Virus record (IMG/VR): IMGVR_UViG_3300039191_000223
Span: 1 to 64,000 of that record
Direction: 5' to 3' (one strand)
DNA length: 64,000 bases
DNA from: a virus
Shown here in pieces: positions 20,230-31,087 of the stretch. Below the pieces are notes generated by a model that saw nothing but the letters and a program-made list of their open reading frames with translations, searched no databases and was not told where the DNA came from. The translations under genes were made by a program, and so were the position numbers. Position 1 is the stretch's first letter. Each line of letters starts with the position of its first letter.

Positions 20230-20862
20230 TTATGGTGATTCGTTTACAATCATCTTAGCACCGGGATAATTCAAATTGCTCCTAAGATGTATTAGATATT
20301 CATCTCTGGATTGTGTGTTACGAAAGCTTGAATCAACCAGAATTATATCGTATGATGGCCCACCACGCATCTTAACAATAGCATTTTCGATGCCACCAAA
20401 TGTGTGAATTGATCTCGTAATCCACGCTGCCGAAGTTGTTGGATGAATATCTATTCCGATTTTGCCTTTGTTGAAACCGCTAAGTTTATATTTAAAAAGA
20501 CCGATAGTATATAATGCTTGATCTATTGCATGTTGTATCATTCTGTTGTTTTCAGATACATAAACGCATGTCTTATCGTACTTGATTGTATAGTACACTG
20601 CGATCAAAAACATAAGAGTCGTACCTCCCGTCTGCCTTGCGGCGCGACGGACGTTTATGGGCTGCCCATGATGAACTTTGTTTAAAAATTCTTGCTCTTG
20701 GGCCGGGATCAAGAATTCAAGATCAGCAGGCTTTAGATAGCACTCATCCCTAATGAATTTCAGTATTTCGTTAGGAATATATTCGTATTCAAAGTTAGGA
20801 TCAGCTTTATCAAGCTGCTGCTTCAAACTCTCGATTATAGTAGCTTGCACGCCATTCTCCAT
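20230..20862 (-). CDS. degenerate terminase-ATPase paralogue
   Basis: Colinear with TerL N-domain; ARQTGGTT, ILVDSS. Confidence 0.7.
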   Translation of the reverse strand: MENGVQATIIESLKQQLDKADPNFEYEYIPNEILKFIRDECYLKPADLEFLIPAQEQEFLNKVHHGQPINVRRAARQTGGTTLMFLIAVYYTIKYDKTCVYVSENNRMIQHAIDQALYTIGLFKYKLSGFNKGKIGIDIHPTTSAAWITRSIHTFGGIENAIVKMRGGPSYDIILVDSSFRNTQSRDEYLIHLRSNLNYPGAKMIVNESP

Positions 20863-22510
20863 TGATTACATTTATAAGTGCTCGTGAGCCATTCGGATAG
20901 ATTACACAGTGCGTATGGAGCCAACTGGACGGTCCTGAAGCATATTCTAGGTCAAGGTAAGCACATAGTCCTACCTGATACGCTCCCTCAACGATACCCG
21001 GCGAGTGTGAATGACCAATAACTGTCTTCGGTCCAATTTTCGAGAAAGCCTGAATGCTGCCTCGCGAACCATTGATACCACTGTCACCATGGAATCCAAT
21101 TTCAATTCCTCCAACAACGAAGCTTTCATCACGTCCAAGAAACTTAGTATTGTCTACGGATGTAAGCCCTCTCTGTTCAAGCGGGTTCTCACACCAGAAC
21201 TTGAATGCATTGATTGTCTTATAGCCAGTCTTAGTACGCTTGACATTGGATAGCTGATTAAACTTCATGTAGTAGTAGAATCGTGCATTCTCAGGATCAT
21301 CTTTAGGATCAGATTCTTTCAACCATCGCTCGAAGGCTTCATCGTGGTTTGATCTGACGATGAGGTTCAACATTTCAGCACGAGTATGCCGGTCAATGAA
21401 ATCAGCAGACAGTTGCAAACCTTCCTCAACGTTATCCTGCTTGTAATGGTGCTTGCCATATGCGACGATATCATTGCCACGGTGATGGTGGTTGCGGCGG
21501 TAGAAGTCTTCTAGGTCATGATATACCATAACTTCAGGATTCAATACCTCCACAATAGAATTTGGACCGTCGAACATAGCCGACTCAACATTTGGATCAA
21601 TGAACTCAGCATGAATATCACCCGGCACAAAACCTGCGACGCGACCATAAGTCTCGCGACCATGTGGAGTGTAGTAATACTCTAAGTCATAAAAGGACCC
21701 ATCGTCCTCACCATGCACATGGCGCATATGGAACTTGTCACCATCAACTTCGACGATCAGTGCGCTGATATTGTGGTGGAATCGGCCTTTGTGTCCGGCC
21801 TTAGAATCAGTATAGTTCTCAATTGTGCATGCGCCGGTTGTGGTAAGAATCTTTGGCATGTTCTTACTTGGCGTGGCAACAGTCTTGAGTTGGATTTTAG
21901 GATGACCAAGGATAGCAGAATCGCTACCCGTAAAAGCATCAAATCCTGAAAGAGGAGTTACTCCAGTAGGCTGACTCTTAATCTGAGCTAGAAGCTGTAG
22001 CCCCTTGCACATGCGAGTCTTGGAGTCAACAATATAGGGCTTGATGGATTCCCACCAATAATCCGCGTCTTCATTATGCTCGTTCCAAATAGATGTTGGA
22101 TTCTTGTACCGATACGGAATCACCATAAGTTGCGCGTTTCTAAGAGAACAGTATTGGAGAAGTGTAGCAAGGAATCCATCATGAACAGGAGTTGCATTTT
22201 GCGCTGATGTGATTACATATACTTGCTGCGTATTGGGGGCGTTAATCGTCTTGGGAGCATCCTTACTCATTAATTCACTAAAGAAATCTTCAAACTTTTC
22301 AACTTTGGCAACCTCTAATTGACCGTTGAAGGTAGGATCACTTTTTAAGTAGGGTAAGTCTAGACCAGTGGAAGTTTTGATTTCAAGTCGTCTGCGAATT
22401 GCGCTATCCGGCTTGACCCCCAAGTAGGCTGCGAATTCTTCGCGGGTGAACTTGGCTTTTAGCGCAGCGCGATATCGCGCTACGAATTCTTTTTTAGCAA
22501 TACTACTCAT
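20810..22510 (-). CDS. T5 A1-like metallophosphoesterase/nuclease
   Basis: ITSAQNAT, GDIH, HD, SNHD, FHGD, GHSH. Confidence 0.7.
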   Translation of the reverse strand: MSSIAKKEFVARYRAALKAKFTREEFAAYLGVKPDSAIRRRLEIKTSTGLDLPYLKSDPTFNGQLEVAKVEKFEDFFSELMSKDAPKTINAPNTQQVYVITSAQNATPVHDGFLATLLQYCSLRNAQLMVIPYRYKNPTSIWNEHNEDADYWWESIKPYIVDSKTRMCKGLQLLAQIKSQPTGVTPLSGFDAFTGSDSAILGHPKIQLKTVATPSKNMPKILTTTGACTIENYTDSKAGHKGRFHHNISALIVEVDGDKFHMRHVHGEDDGSFYDLEYYYTPHGRETYGRVAGFVPGDIHAEFIDPNVESAMFDGPNSIVEVLNPEVMVYHDLEDFYRRNHHHRGNDIVAYGKHHYKQDNVEEGLQLSADFIDRHTRAEMLNLIVRSNHDEAFERWLKESDPKDDPENARFYYYMKFNQLSNVKRTKTGYKTINAFKFWCENPLEQRGLTSVDNTKFLGRDESFVVGGIEIGFHGDSGINGSRGSIQAFSKIGPKTVIGHSHSPGIVEGAYQVGLCAYLDLEYASGPSSWLHTHCVIYPNGSRALINVINGEWRASYYNREFEAAA

Positions 22511-22537
22511 TGAATCCCCTTTTATTATTTGTTTTTA

Positions 22538-23641
22538 TTAGAAGTATTCTTCCAAGCGGCTGGGTTTGAAATACATCTTGTAGCGATGATCCGTCAAATT
22601 TCCACTATACCGCTCTTTCTTAAACCTGACCTGAAACAGTTCTGTCTTTCCATCCATGATTCTAATTGATGGATTAACATTTTCTGGGCATGTAGCCAAA
22701 AGATCACAATTATATAGTTTATCCACAAGTGGGTTGACAGCAAAGCTTTTATGTTTTATCTTGTTGCTTGGAATAACCAAGCATGTGCAATCGCTAACGT
22801 CGTGCAGGTCTAGACCTGTTTTGGGAGTAACGCCATAGCAGCAACCAAGCATCTTGGCTATTAACTGCATTCTAAAGTCATATAGTGCGGTGTCGTTTGC
22901 GCCCGCCAATCCATCATTTATTTTCCGACACACATTATTGTAGAGACCTCGCGTCGCAAGTTCAACGGACGCTACACTCGGTGAACCATCATTATGTGCA
23001 GTTTGGTAGTATACCGCAGAATCAGGACCAACGTCAACTCCTAAGTTACTCAAAACAAATTGGCGTTGCGTTTCGAATCCATAATCTTTTTCTAATTCTT
23101 TCTGACCTACACCACCAATACCAGTTCGATGATCATATATTGGCATCACAGTGTTGAACAATTTAACATGCTCATTGTCAATCATTATTGAAGTGGCCTT
23201 CGGCTCACCCACTGACATATTATCTACATCAATTATAATACGATTCATAACGCCATTATTTGTTACAGTTTCAACCATGGCACCGAAATCAGAATCATTA
23301 TTCAAATAATCAAGTATGCTCCGAACCATGCAAAAGTCGGGTGACATACGATCTGAGAGTTTGGTTAGAATGTAGTTTCTAGTAGCTTCGGAGGCTGGGG
23401 CACGAAGTGTAATTTGGTCGTAAGTGTTATGTGCGCTTTCCATGTTTGTAAAATTAATGGTGCTCCTTCCTTCACGCAAATAACTCAGCATCCGTATAAA
23501 GTGAGACGGCATAACTGGCACACCTTGGTTCTTCGTCAAGAATGCACTAGCCACACAGTATGCCAAAACAACACATGCTGCGTCATCTAGGGTTTCCTGT
23601 GGCACAACTGGCCTGTGTATTTCGGTTAAGAAACTTGTCAT
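22538..23641 (-). CDS. hypothetical protein
   Basis: 367-aa ORF. Confidence 0.65.
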   Translation of the reverse strand: MTSFLTEIHRPVVPQETLDDAACVVLAYCVASAFLTKNQGVPVMPSHFIRMLSYLREGRSTINFTNMESAHNTYDQITLRAPASEATRNYILTKLSDRMSPDFCMVRSILDYLNNDSDFGAMVETVTNNGVMNRIIIDVDNMSVGEPKATSIMIDNEHVKLFNTVMPIYDHRTGIGGVGQKELEKDYGFETQRQFVLSNLGVDVGPDSAVYYQTAHNDGSPSVASVELATRGLYNNVCRKINDGLAGANDTALYDFRMQLIAKMLGCCYGVTPKTGLDLHDVSDCTCLVIPSNKIKHKSFAVNPLVDKLYNCDLLATCPENVNPSIRIMDGKTELFQVRFKKERYSGNLTDHRYKMYFKPSRLEEYF

Positions 23642-24090
23642 TCTGTCTTATCACCTTCCATATTCCTACGCAACTGGGTTAACAATGCCGTTCGATCATC
23701 TACGATCAAAGTATTGTTATTTGTCACATGGGATGGTCCACTTGTTTTCTTTGCTTCAAGCTTATCCTTGTGCTCTTTAAGCCTCGCTTTATGCGAGGCG
23801 GCGTTTAGAGCAGCATTTAAGTGCTGAACCGATACTTCACCAACTCTCGCCTTAAACTTACCTTCAACTGTATGAAGTTCGTCGGATAGCAGATCAAAGC
23901 CGTCCATGGCGCTGTCGTAAATTTCCTGATACTGTGAATCAATCTCTTTGTCTTTATCGTCATACTCACGGGCGTTAACAAGTTCACCTTCCCGCTCGTA
24001 AACTTCTACTTCCGTAGTACCTGTTTCGATATCAAAGACTTCTTCGAGTGGATGCTCAATTGTTTTTACTACTTTATTTTCGTCTGACAT
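23638..24090 (-). CDS. terminase small subunit (gp16-like)
   Basis: Size, ARVGEV helix, TNNNTLIV tail; CATAAATA at 24118-24125. Confidence 0.6.
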   Translation of the reverse strand: MSDENKVVKTIEHPLEEVFDIETGTTEVEVYEREGELVNAREYDDKDKEIDSQYQEIYDSAMDGFDLLSDELHTVEGKFKARVGEVSVQHLNAALNAASHKARLKEHKDKLEAKKTSGPSHVTNNNTLIVDDRTALLTQLRRNMEGDKTE

Positions 24091-24127
24091 AATTCCCGCA
24101 CCTACATTCTGTATGGGTATTTATGCC

Positions 24128-24388
24128 TTACTGACCGTTTAGCTCCATAAGGTGCTCTTCAATCAATTCTAAAACATCATCCCTGACACCTTCAATCGAT
24201 GAGTCAATAGCCTCCTGCGGAAGTGATTCACCATATGTCTGCTGATACCATTCTTTAAAACTGTATACTGTATTAAACTTTTCAGCAACATAATTGGAAT
24301 ATTCGGTTTGTCGCGTTAGAAATTGATCAAATTCGGCTTCTGCCTGCTCCACTACATCATCAATATCTTCGTATAAATCACTCATCAT
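24128..24388 (-). CDS. hypothetical protein
   Basis: Acidic ORF; start MMSDLYE. Confidence 0.5.
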   Translation of the reverse strand: MMSDLYEDIDDVVEQAEAEFDQFLTRQTEYSNYVAEKFNTVYSFKEWYQQTYGESLPQEAIDSSIEGVRDDVLELIEEHLMELNGQ

Positions 24389-24671
24389 CAGAGTCCTTTT
24401 CGGTTTTAGTTTCCGTGTTGCCCATAAGATCACCATACTTCTGTTCCGCATACTTCAGTCCAAGCCTGTTCAATTGGGCCTGCATTGACATACTTGCGTG
24501 CGTCAACTTTTGACGTTCATATTCTTCATCTACAATCTCTTGTCGTAAACGATCAAATTGCTCAAGGCACTGTTTCAGTGCCGGGTCTTGATCCAGTTCA
24601 GATCGTGGTAGAGTGATAGTTCTATCACCCATATTCACCGCAACTGACTGGACAGGTTCAACTTTAATCAT
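24378..24671 (-). CDS. hypothetical protein
   Basis: 97-aa ORF. Confidence 0.55.
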   Translation of the reverse strand: MIKVEPVQSVAVNMGDRTITLPRSELDQDPALKQCLEQFDRLRQEIVDEEYERQKLTHASMSMQAQLNRLGLKYAEQKYGDLMGNTETKTEKDSDDE

Positions 24672-24672
24672 A

Positions 24673-26151
24673 TTAATCTTCTCCTGCGAAGTCTTTTATT
24701 AGATTTTGAAGTTCATCAAAATCTTCGTGTGTTGCCTTTATTTTAGGCATGATTGGGGGCTGGTCCGCATCATCAAACATCGGCCTAACCTCCGGCTCAT
24801 CATCTTCCGGCATACCCGGAAGTCCGTTAACCAAAATTTCTTCCGGTACTTTGGGTTCGTTTATCTTGGCCAAAGCATCTTCCATGTCAGCCTTAGCTTT
24901 TCTTTTACGTGGCATGACGCCTGAACCACCCCCGTCCAAATTACTAATTCTCAGATTAGTTGAGTTGAAATTCAGGATTGAACAATGACCAACACCACGA
25001 CTTGAACGAGTCTTTAGGAAGTAAGCATTCATTTCACCTTCAAGACGCATGGTGTCATCCATGAACAGTGAAATATAATTGTCCACGGTGTTGACCTTTG
25101 AGATACCACCAGCAATAACAGACTGATTAGGTGAAGTCATGCTAATCGCATCACGGTTTTGCTGTGATGCCGATATACCTATCATATCATATTCTTGTAA
25201 TATATCAACTACTTCCTCGGACTTTCTCTTATCTTGTTCGAAGATTCCAAGATTACCCGCACCAGAGTTTGGGTCCATAAGATCAAGATAGTCAACCAGA
25301 AATACATCTGGCAGTTTACCATATTCCATTTCATAAAACGATAAGTATGAACGAAAATCTGCGGCAGTAGAATGTTGTGACATTTTCTTGATAATGTATG
25401 ATCCACCCCCAGCACTATTCTTTGCGTGTATAATTCCAGAACTTATTTCCGGTATGTGCCCCTTCCAGTTAGAAGTATCATAGCCGGAAATGATAGACGC
25501 TAATCGCAAGAACACCATTTCAGCAGGAAGCTCCAATGAAATATACAGTACGTCGTAACCACGTAACGCATAATTAGCTCCGATGTTGGCCAGCATTACA
25601 GACTTACCACCACCCGAATTAGCCGAGAATAGTGTAAATTGCTGCCGAATAAGGCCACCATCAAGTGGTCCATCAATGCCGTCAATACCCGTGGGTATGG
25701 GTGTGAAATCGTCAATAAGACTTCGTAAAAGCTCTTCGGGGTTATTGAATAAATCAACACCCATATCACGCTGAAGGCTTATATTTACAGCCTCCGTAAC
25801 GCGGGCCAGAACCCGACTCATTTCTTGGTTCTCGATATCTTCTAAAGAATTATAAATGGCCTCTTTAACTGCCGTCTCTTTACAGAACTTTTCGATATCA
25901 TCACAAGTTGATTCTACGCGATCACGTGACACTTTAACAGTTGCTTCTATTTCTAGATCAAACTCGGCGGCTATTTGGTCAACCGCTGGAGTTGCACTAT
26001 ATTTACCATAGTACTCGTGAATAAATGCTACAATGGGTTCGTATTCCTGATCAAAATAAGAAGGTTTTAAAATTCCAGACGTTTGCGTGTATATTTCAGG
26101 GGATGAAAGTAAATCTTGTATAATTAGTTTTTGTTTTTTGTTATTTGCCAT
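24673..26151 (-). CDS. replicative helicase (gp41/DnaB-like)
   Basis: SGGGKS, YISLEL, VDYLDL, SASQQNR, LKTR. Confidence 0.9.
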   Translation of the reverse strand: MANNKKQKLIIQDLLSSPEIYTQTSGILKPSYFDQEYEPIVAFIHEYYGKYSATPAVDQIAAEFDLEIEATVKVSRDRVESTCDDIEKFCKETAVKEAIYNSLEDIENQEMSRVLARVTEAVNISLQRDMGVDLFNNPEELLRSLIDDFTPIPTGIDGIDGPLDGGLIRQQFTLFSANSGGGKSVMLANIGANYALRGYDVLYISLELPAEMVFLRLASIISGYDTSNWKGHIPEISSGIIHAKNSAGGGSYIIKKMSQHSTAADFRSYLSFYEMEYGKLPDVFLVDYLDLMDPNSGAGNLGIFEQDKRKSEEVVDILQEYDMIGISASQQNRDAISMTSPNQSVIAGGISKVNTVDNYISLFMDDTMRLEGEMNAYFLKTRSSRGVGHCSILNFNSTNLRISNLDGGGSGVMPRKRKAKADMEDALAKINEPKVPEEILVNGLPGMPEDDEPEVRPMFDDADQPPIMPKIKATHEDFDELQNLIKDFAGED

Positions 26152-26265
26152 ACTTACTCCTGTGAGCAGAATTATATCAAACTCCCATCAAACATTCAAT
26201 CCATTCGATCCATTCGATAGTAAGGGGTATGTATGGCGGTTCAATAGCGGATGTTATTTCTACGA

Positions 26266-27957
26266 TTACGTTTCATCATCTAGAAAAGCATCCTTATCAT
26301 CTGGGTTGGTTACTGTGGATTCGTTTGGATTCAATTTATTCTGAAGCTTCGGTTCAGTGTTCTTGAATTCGGCGCGACGATCCTTCTCCAAGAATATCCA
26401 ACGGCTTTTCGCAGAAGACCAACGATGTAGGCGTGCAGGGATACCTGAACGAATAGAAGTATACGTTAGTCGGTGGTAGTCCCCATCTTTTGGCTTAGCA
26501 GGGAAGTCGTCACCCTGAGTATAATCCTCACCATTAGGAGGCATAGCATCCACACCAAACTGTGCCCGAACACGATCAATGCGCTTCGCAACATCACGAC
26601 TGCCCTGATCTTCTGCCCAATCGTAAAATTCATCTGAAATCTTGGCAATATCGGCATAGTCTACGCCTCGTACTGGAGTCTGAGTGTTCGCATCAGCGTC
26701 AATCGTTTGGGATATATTCGATAAATCTTGATACTTTTTATCACTTGAACCATCGTCAATATCGACCGTTCCAAGATTATCAGTATCCTGAGTGAGCTTA
26801 CCCATGATATCTTGCGTTTCTTGTGACGCCATCACCGGACGTGCGATCAAACGCTGCATGGTTGGAATCCAGTTTGGAGTGTAACCATTCGTGCTCCATG
26901 CAACATCACTGACTTCCAAATAACGAAGCACTGGCTTCAAGCTCGGAGTATACTGCGTTTCTGACGGGAGTTGGAGAATGTCACCAATAACAAAAGGACG
27001 CCCAAGTAACGATATCGCAGATGAAAAGCTTACTTCAATAATCCACTCGTCTCCAGAGAATTGAGTACCGAAGCCCCACTTGGATTGATTGGACTGAATG
27101 TCAATTGGCTGATAAGAACCTTTCATTCGAATGGGGTTCTCATCATAATCTCGATCCCTATTCTCTAGAAAGATACGGTCCTGTATGTTGTCTACACGAG
27201 TTGCTTCATAGTCAAGAAGTTGCAATGCTTGAATTTCCCAAGCATCAGTCTCAGTACCGTTGAACGCGATAGGTCTTAGACGCCAGAAGCGTGAAGGCAC
27301 GCTACGCTTGAAATTCACACGAGCCGCACCCTCACAATCTGGAAGATCGACAACCTGTACACCAAACCACTTCTCACCATCACTAGAACGCTCTACACGA
27401 GCCTTAGTGACACGATTCTCTGAGCGGCATCCCTGTCTAATCTTAATCGCCGCTACATCATGCTTGACAAACGTTTCTAGACCGTAACGTTTCCTTCCAT
27501 TGTCGAGTAGTAATTCACCGAAATCATATCCAATATAAGCAGACGACGTAACTTCAGCCCCAAGCTGAATAGAACGCCATTGCGTTGGGAATAAAGTGAA
27601 TGCATTCGTAGCTGGGAAATTGGGGTGCGAGCCATTTGAAACCGCAACACCACTTCTCCCAGTCAAGTCCTGTAGATAGCCTTGTTCATGCACACCAAGC
27701 ATGCGATATACGTTGACTACAGCACCACCGATAGTGATAGACTCACTAATATAAGCATCAATGACACAAGAGTCTGCGCCTTCGGTAAGCTCCCATGCTG
27801 GGGTCGGATCATCACTCGCACAGTTTAACGCCGGATTCAAGGACTTACATATCTTAGAGAGTGCATCATTCTGTGGCGGGGCAATAAAATTACCATCCCC
27901 ATCTACAGGACAATTACCACTGTTTAGTAATGCATCTAATTGACTTGTTATACTCAT
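26266..27957 (-). CDS. gp14-like neck protein with inserted discoidin-like domain
   Basis: ISESITIGG..VNVY, SKWG, GDILQLP; SSDG..W and RFWRL insert. Confidence 0.6.
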   Translation of the reverse strand: MSITSQLDALLNSGNCPVDGDGNFIAPPQNDALSKICKSLNPALNCASDDPTPAWELTEGADSCVIDAYISESITIGGAVVNVYRMLGVHEQGYLQDLTGRSGVAVSNGSHPNFPATNAFTLFPTQWRSIQLGAEVTSSAYIGYDFGELLLDNGRKRYGLETFVKHDVAAIKIRQGCRSENRVTKARVERSSDGEKWFGVQVVDLPDCEGAARVNFKRSVPSRFWRLRPIAFNGTETDAWEIQALQLLDYEATRVDNIQDRIFLENRDRDYDENPIRMKGSYQPIDIQSNQSKWGFGTQFSGDEWIIEVSFSSAISLLGRPFVIGDILQLPSETQYTPSLKPVLRYLEVSDVAWSTNGYTPNWIPTMQRLIARPVMASQETQDIMGKLTQDTDNLGTVDIDDGSSDKKYQDLSNISQTIDADANTQTPVRGVDYADIAKISDEFYDWAEDQGSRDVAKRIDRVRAQFGVDAMPPNGEDYTQGDDFPAKPKDGDYHRLTYTSIRSGIPARLHRWSSAKSRWIFLEKDRRAEFKNTEPKLQNKLNPNESTVTNPDDKDAFLDDET

Positions 27958-27960
27958 CTG

Positions 27961-30900
27961 TTATCCAATAAAGAACTGTGATTGTACATCGGCATTGTGA
28001 TCCTGCATTGAACGGTCGAATAGCTCTTCTCTCAACTCGACCTTCTCGTTCTCGGCCTGTGTGATCAATTCCTGTGAGTTCAATGTTGTTGATCCATTTG
28101 GACCCGGTAGCGACTGGTATTTACCACGAACCTGAGATAGCATCATCTTAGCCTCAGCAATAGCCCACTTCTTAATCCAAAGTGACAAGTAACGGTTTGT
28201 AATAAGCTTTTGTTCCGATACCTCAATAAACGCATCAAGCATGACGCGCTCATTGCTATAAAATATTTGATGGAAGCTAAGTGTTCTATTATCCTCGTAG
28301 AAAGTGTACACCAACTGGTCTGCAAACAAGTACTGCAAATCTTCGATATAGCTAGACACCATATGGTAAGACAACATATCAAACGTACCCAGTGAATACA
28401 ATTGCTGCAACGCGGCGTATCCATAAATATCGTTTCCACCAAATCCACCAGTACCCGTGCCCAAGAATCCACCTCGCATACGATGGACCGCATTGATGTT
28501 TACAATTTTATTGAACCCAACACACGCGTTCGTCAATGAATATTTTTGTTGATTAGGAAGCACGTCTAAGAAGAACAACACATGCTCGTAAGAGTAGCTT
28601 GAATACTTCCGCACCATCAATAATGAGTTGTCAATACACTCATCCAGCTGCTGCTTAGTAAGCTCAACAGTTGTGCTTACAGTACCAAGAGCTACACGAA
28701 TCTGCTCTTGTAATTTACGTCGCTCATCAGGTGATCCATCTGTACCTACACCAAGCTCACGATACATCGGACCATTGTTGTTAGTGCTACGCCCAGTAGC
28801 TGGCGCATAGCGAATAACTGGCTTGTTTATTTTTACAAATATAGCATCGGATTGGGTTGAATCAACTTCAATTCGCTGATCGCAACCGGTGGCGCACGTC
28901 TTAAATCTAACAATATCACGACCAAATTTATCGAAATCATTGAATTGTCCAAATTGATCAATGTTTATGTTGGGGACATTATCAAAGCACACTGCACGGT
29001 CGAATAACAACTCTACTGATGCCAACCCGCACGATACTAACCACATCGTACCGTTCCATTGATACAACTCATCCTCAACCGTGTTGAAGAAGTAGGTATC
29101 TACCTCGGAGGCCAGTGAATCCCGGCTGTATACCTGTTCAACCCACGCTCCCACTTCTCGCAAGAAAAGCTGGTCATCGTCGCCATCAAACCATAGAATG
29201 CCGTCAGACACACCGTATGGGTCATCTTCGTCACGTATAGCTTCAATTGAAACAAACTCCACACCATCCCAAATAAAGAAGGTGCCGTCTGCCGTATTGA
29301 GCCATACGACACCTATAGGAAGGTTGGAGGGGTCATACATTGAACAAATGAACGAAACATTTGAACAGTTCAGACCAGTGATCTGCTGCATAACTTCAGT
29401 TTCAGGGTTATACCATATCGTACCACCCGGCAGCGCTGAAGGACTAGCAGGATCATCAACGCTCTGGAAAAATGCGTCCACTTCATCCCACTCATTGTTA
29501 ACGTCGTCCCACTTAAATAGCGTATCTATACCAACATCAACATTCCACCATAGATCACAGCTTTCACGAGTAGCAGGATCAGTTGCAGCAATAACAACAT
29601 TAATTTCTACCCACGCATCATTCGCACCATTGCGCTGATACAGGCGCTGTTCTGTTGTATCGAACCAGTAATGATTGGCAACCGGATTAGTCGGCTCTGT
29701 AGCCTCGTATCGGATGTTGGTCACATCGGACCACTCACCAGCAATACGAACAAATGCTAATTCGGTTGCACCACTGTACCAAAAATCTCCATCGGAAATT
29801 GTGTTGGGGTCAGTGTCCCAAACAATTGGATCGACTTCATCCCACTTACGACCATCAACATTGCGGCCACTTACGGTGCCGTCAGTTTCGTTGTACCAAT
29901 ACGTTCCAGATGATAGAATAGGCGGAAGTAGCGGATTACGGACTTGGATAATAGTATTACGCTTGCACCATGTACCAGCTTCCCATACCCATGCAGTAGT
30001 GTTTGTTGCGTCCAAGCCCCCATTACTTTCGAGAACTTTATCTAACCACACGGTACCGTCAGATGGATTTGATGGATCAGTTGCAAATTCAATAATTGCA
30101 CTTACAAGTGCCCACCCGGCGGTTTCTCGTATACGAAGTTCTTTGGTGGAAGGCTTATACCAATATGTACCAATTACAGGTAGTGCAGGGTCTTCATCTA
30201 AAAAGATAGCATCCTGTTCAATGTTCTGCGAACCATCCCACTGATATACTTTCTTATTCGACTCGTCTACTTGAAACTTTCCCGTATTGGGGAAATTGGG
30301 ACCTAAAATGGGCTTGACAAGCAACTTGAGACGCTTGTTTAAAACTGATGCAATATCCTCGTAGGTCTGCATATCGCTTCCCCGAAGGTCATCGAAACTG
30401 TAGCAGTCACCATTTATTTCTACGCGAAAGGTATACGTTGCTCCCTTGGCAAGTCCTGTTCTAGTCTTTACTGTAATACCTTCCGGGGTGTCGATCTGAA
30501 GATCATGAAATGCTGGCTGCTCTGGGCCAGACTTATCCGTTTCAGATTCACCGGTAGGTAAGCTATATGCGTGGACCCCTTGACGATAATAGTTACCAAC
30601 CTGATCTACCGCGTAAGCTGACACATAGTATGGTGTCTTGTTGGCAACATCAGTTACAGTAATCTCAGTTGTCGTGCGATCATGGTAAAATGCTCCCACC
30701 ACAGATGCTACATTTATCTTGTCACCTGTATGTAGGTCAGAATCAAATGTTGTATCAGCATCATAGTACTCACCGTTCTGGGGGGATGAACTGATATAAT
30801 TTGCTGGGCGACTGCTTACCGTGACTACGATACCATCGTAAATCAAATCTTCGACACTGCAACCAGAAATGCTCGGAATGTTCCACTTGATGGTTGCAGT

Positions 30901-30993
30901 TCCGTCGCCATTGCGAACAAGCTTGAGGGTAATATCCTCCGCTTCATTCTTGAGGCGCTCTGGAGAGTCTGCATGCTTATCGTAAATAGCCAT
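27961..30993 (-). CDS. gp13-like neck protein with large N-terminal extension
   Basis: VELTKQQLDECID, WIKKWAIAEAK...RGKY..LPG; Trp-rich repeats upstream. Confidence 0.75.
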   Translation of the reverse strand: MAIYDKHADSPERLKNEAEDITLKLVRNGDGTATIKWNIPSISGCSVEDLIYDGIVVTVSSRPANYISSSPQNGEYYDADTTFDSDLHTGDKINVASVVGAFYHDRTTTEITVTDVANKTPYYVSAYAVDQVGNYYRQGVHAYSLPTGESETDKSGPEQPAFHDLQIDTPEGITVKTRTGLAKGATYTFRVEINGDCYSFDDLRGSDMQTYEDIASVLNKRLKLLVKPILGPNFPNTGKFQVDESNKKVYQWDGSQNIEQDAIFLDEDPALPVIGTYWYKPSTKELRIRETAGWALVSAIIEFATDPSNPSDGTVWLDKVLESNGGLDATNTTAWVWEAGTWCKRNTIIQVRNPLLPPILSSGTYWYNETDGTVSGRNVDGRKWDEVDPIVWDTDPNTISDGDFWYSGATELAFVRIAGEWSDVTNIRYEATEPTNPVANHYWFDTTEQRLYQRNGANDAWVEINVVIAATDPATRESCDLWWNVDVGIDTLFKWDDVNNEWDEVDAFFQSVDDPASPSALPGGTIWYNPETEVMQQITGLNCSNVSFICSMYDPSNLPIGVVWLNTADGTFFIWDGVEFVSIEAIRDEDDPYGVSDGILWFDGDDDQLFLREVGAWVEQVYSRDSLASEVDTYFFNTVEDELYQWNGTMWLVSCGLASVELLFDRAVCFDNVPNINIDQFGQFNDFDKFGRDIVRFKTCATGCDQRIEVDSTQSDAIFVKINKPVIRYAPATGRSTNNNGPMYRELGVGTDGSPDERRKLQEQIRVALGTVSTTVELTKQQLDECIDNSLLMVRKYSSYSYEHVLFFLDVLPNQQKYSLTNACVGFNKIVNINAVHRMRGGFLGTGTGGFGGNDIYGYAALQQLYSLGTFDMLSYHMVSSYIEDLQYLFADQLVYTFYEDNRTLSFHQIFYSNERVMLDAFIEVSEQKLITNRYLSLWIKKWAIAEAKMMLSQVRGKYQSLPGPNGSTTLNSQELITQAENEKVELREELFDRSMQDHNADVQSQFFIG

Positions 30994-31087
30994 TTGATAT
31001 CCTTTTGGGTCTATGGATATTTATCACTGCGCATAAAAAAACTCCACATAGGCTTGCCCCCCGTGAAGTTTTCCCATTTAAGTTCAG

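Noticed and set aside
13156-26151. Inteins or introns in helicases, recombinase or terminase
   Set aside because: Lengths are normal and motifs are contiguous.
29198-30244. Long plus-strand ORFs opposite the neck, capsid and ligase genes
   Set aside because: Antisense shadows of strongly supported minus-strand genes, with no recognisable motifs.
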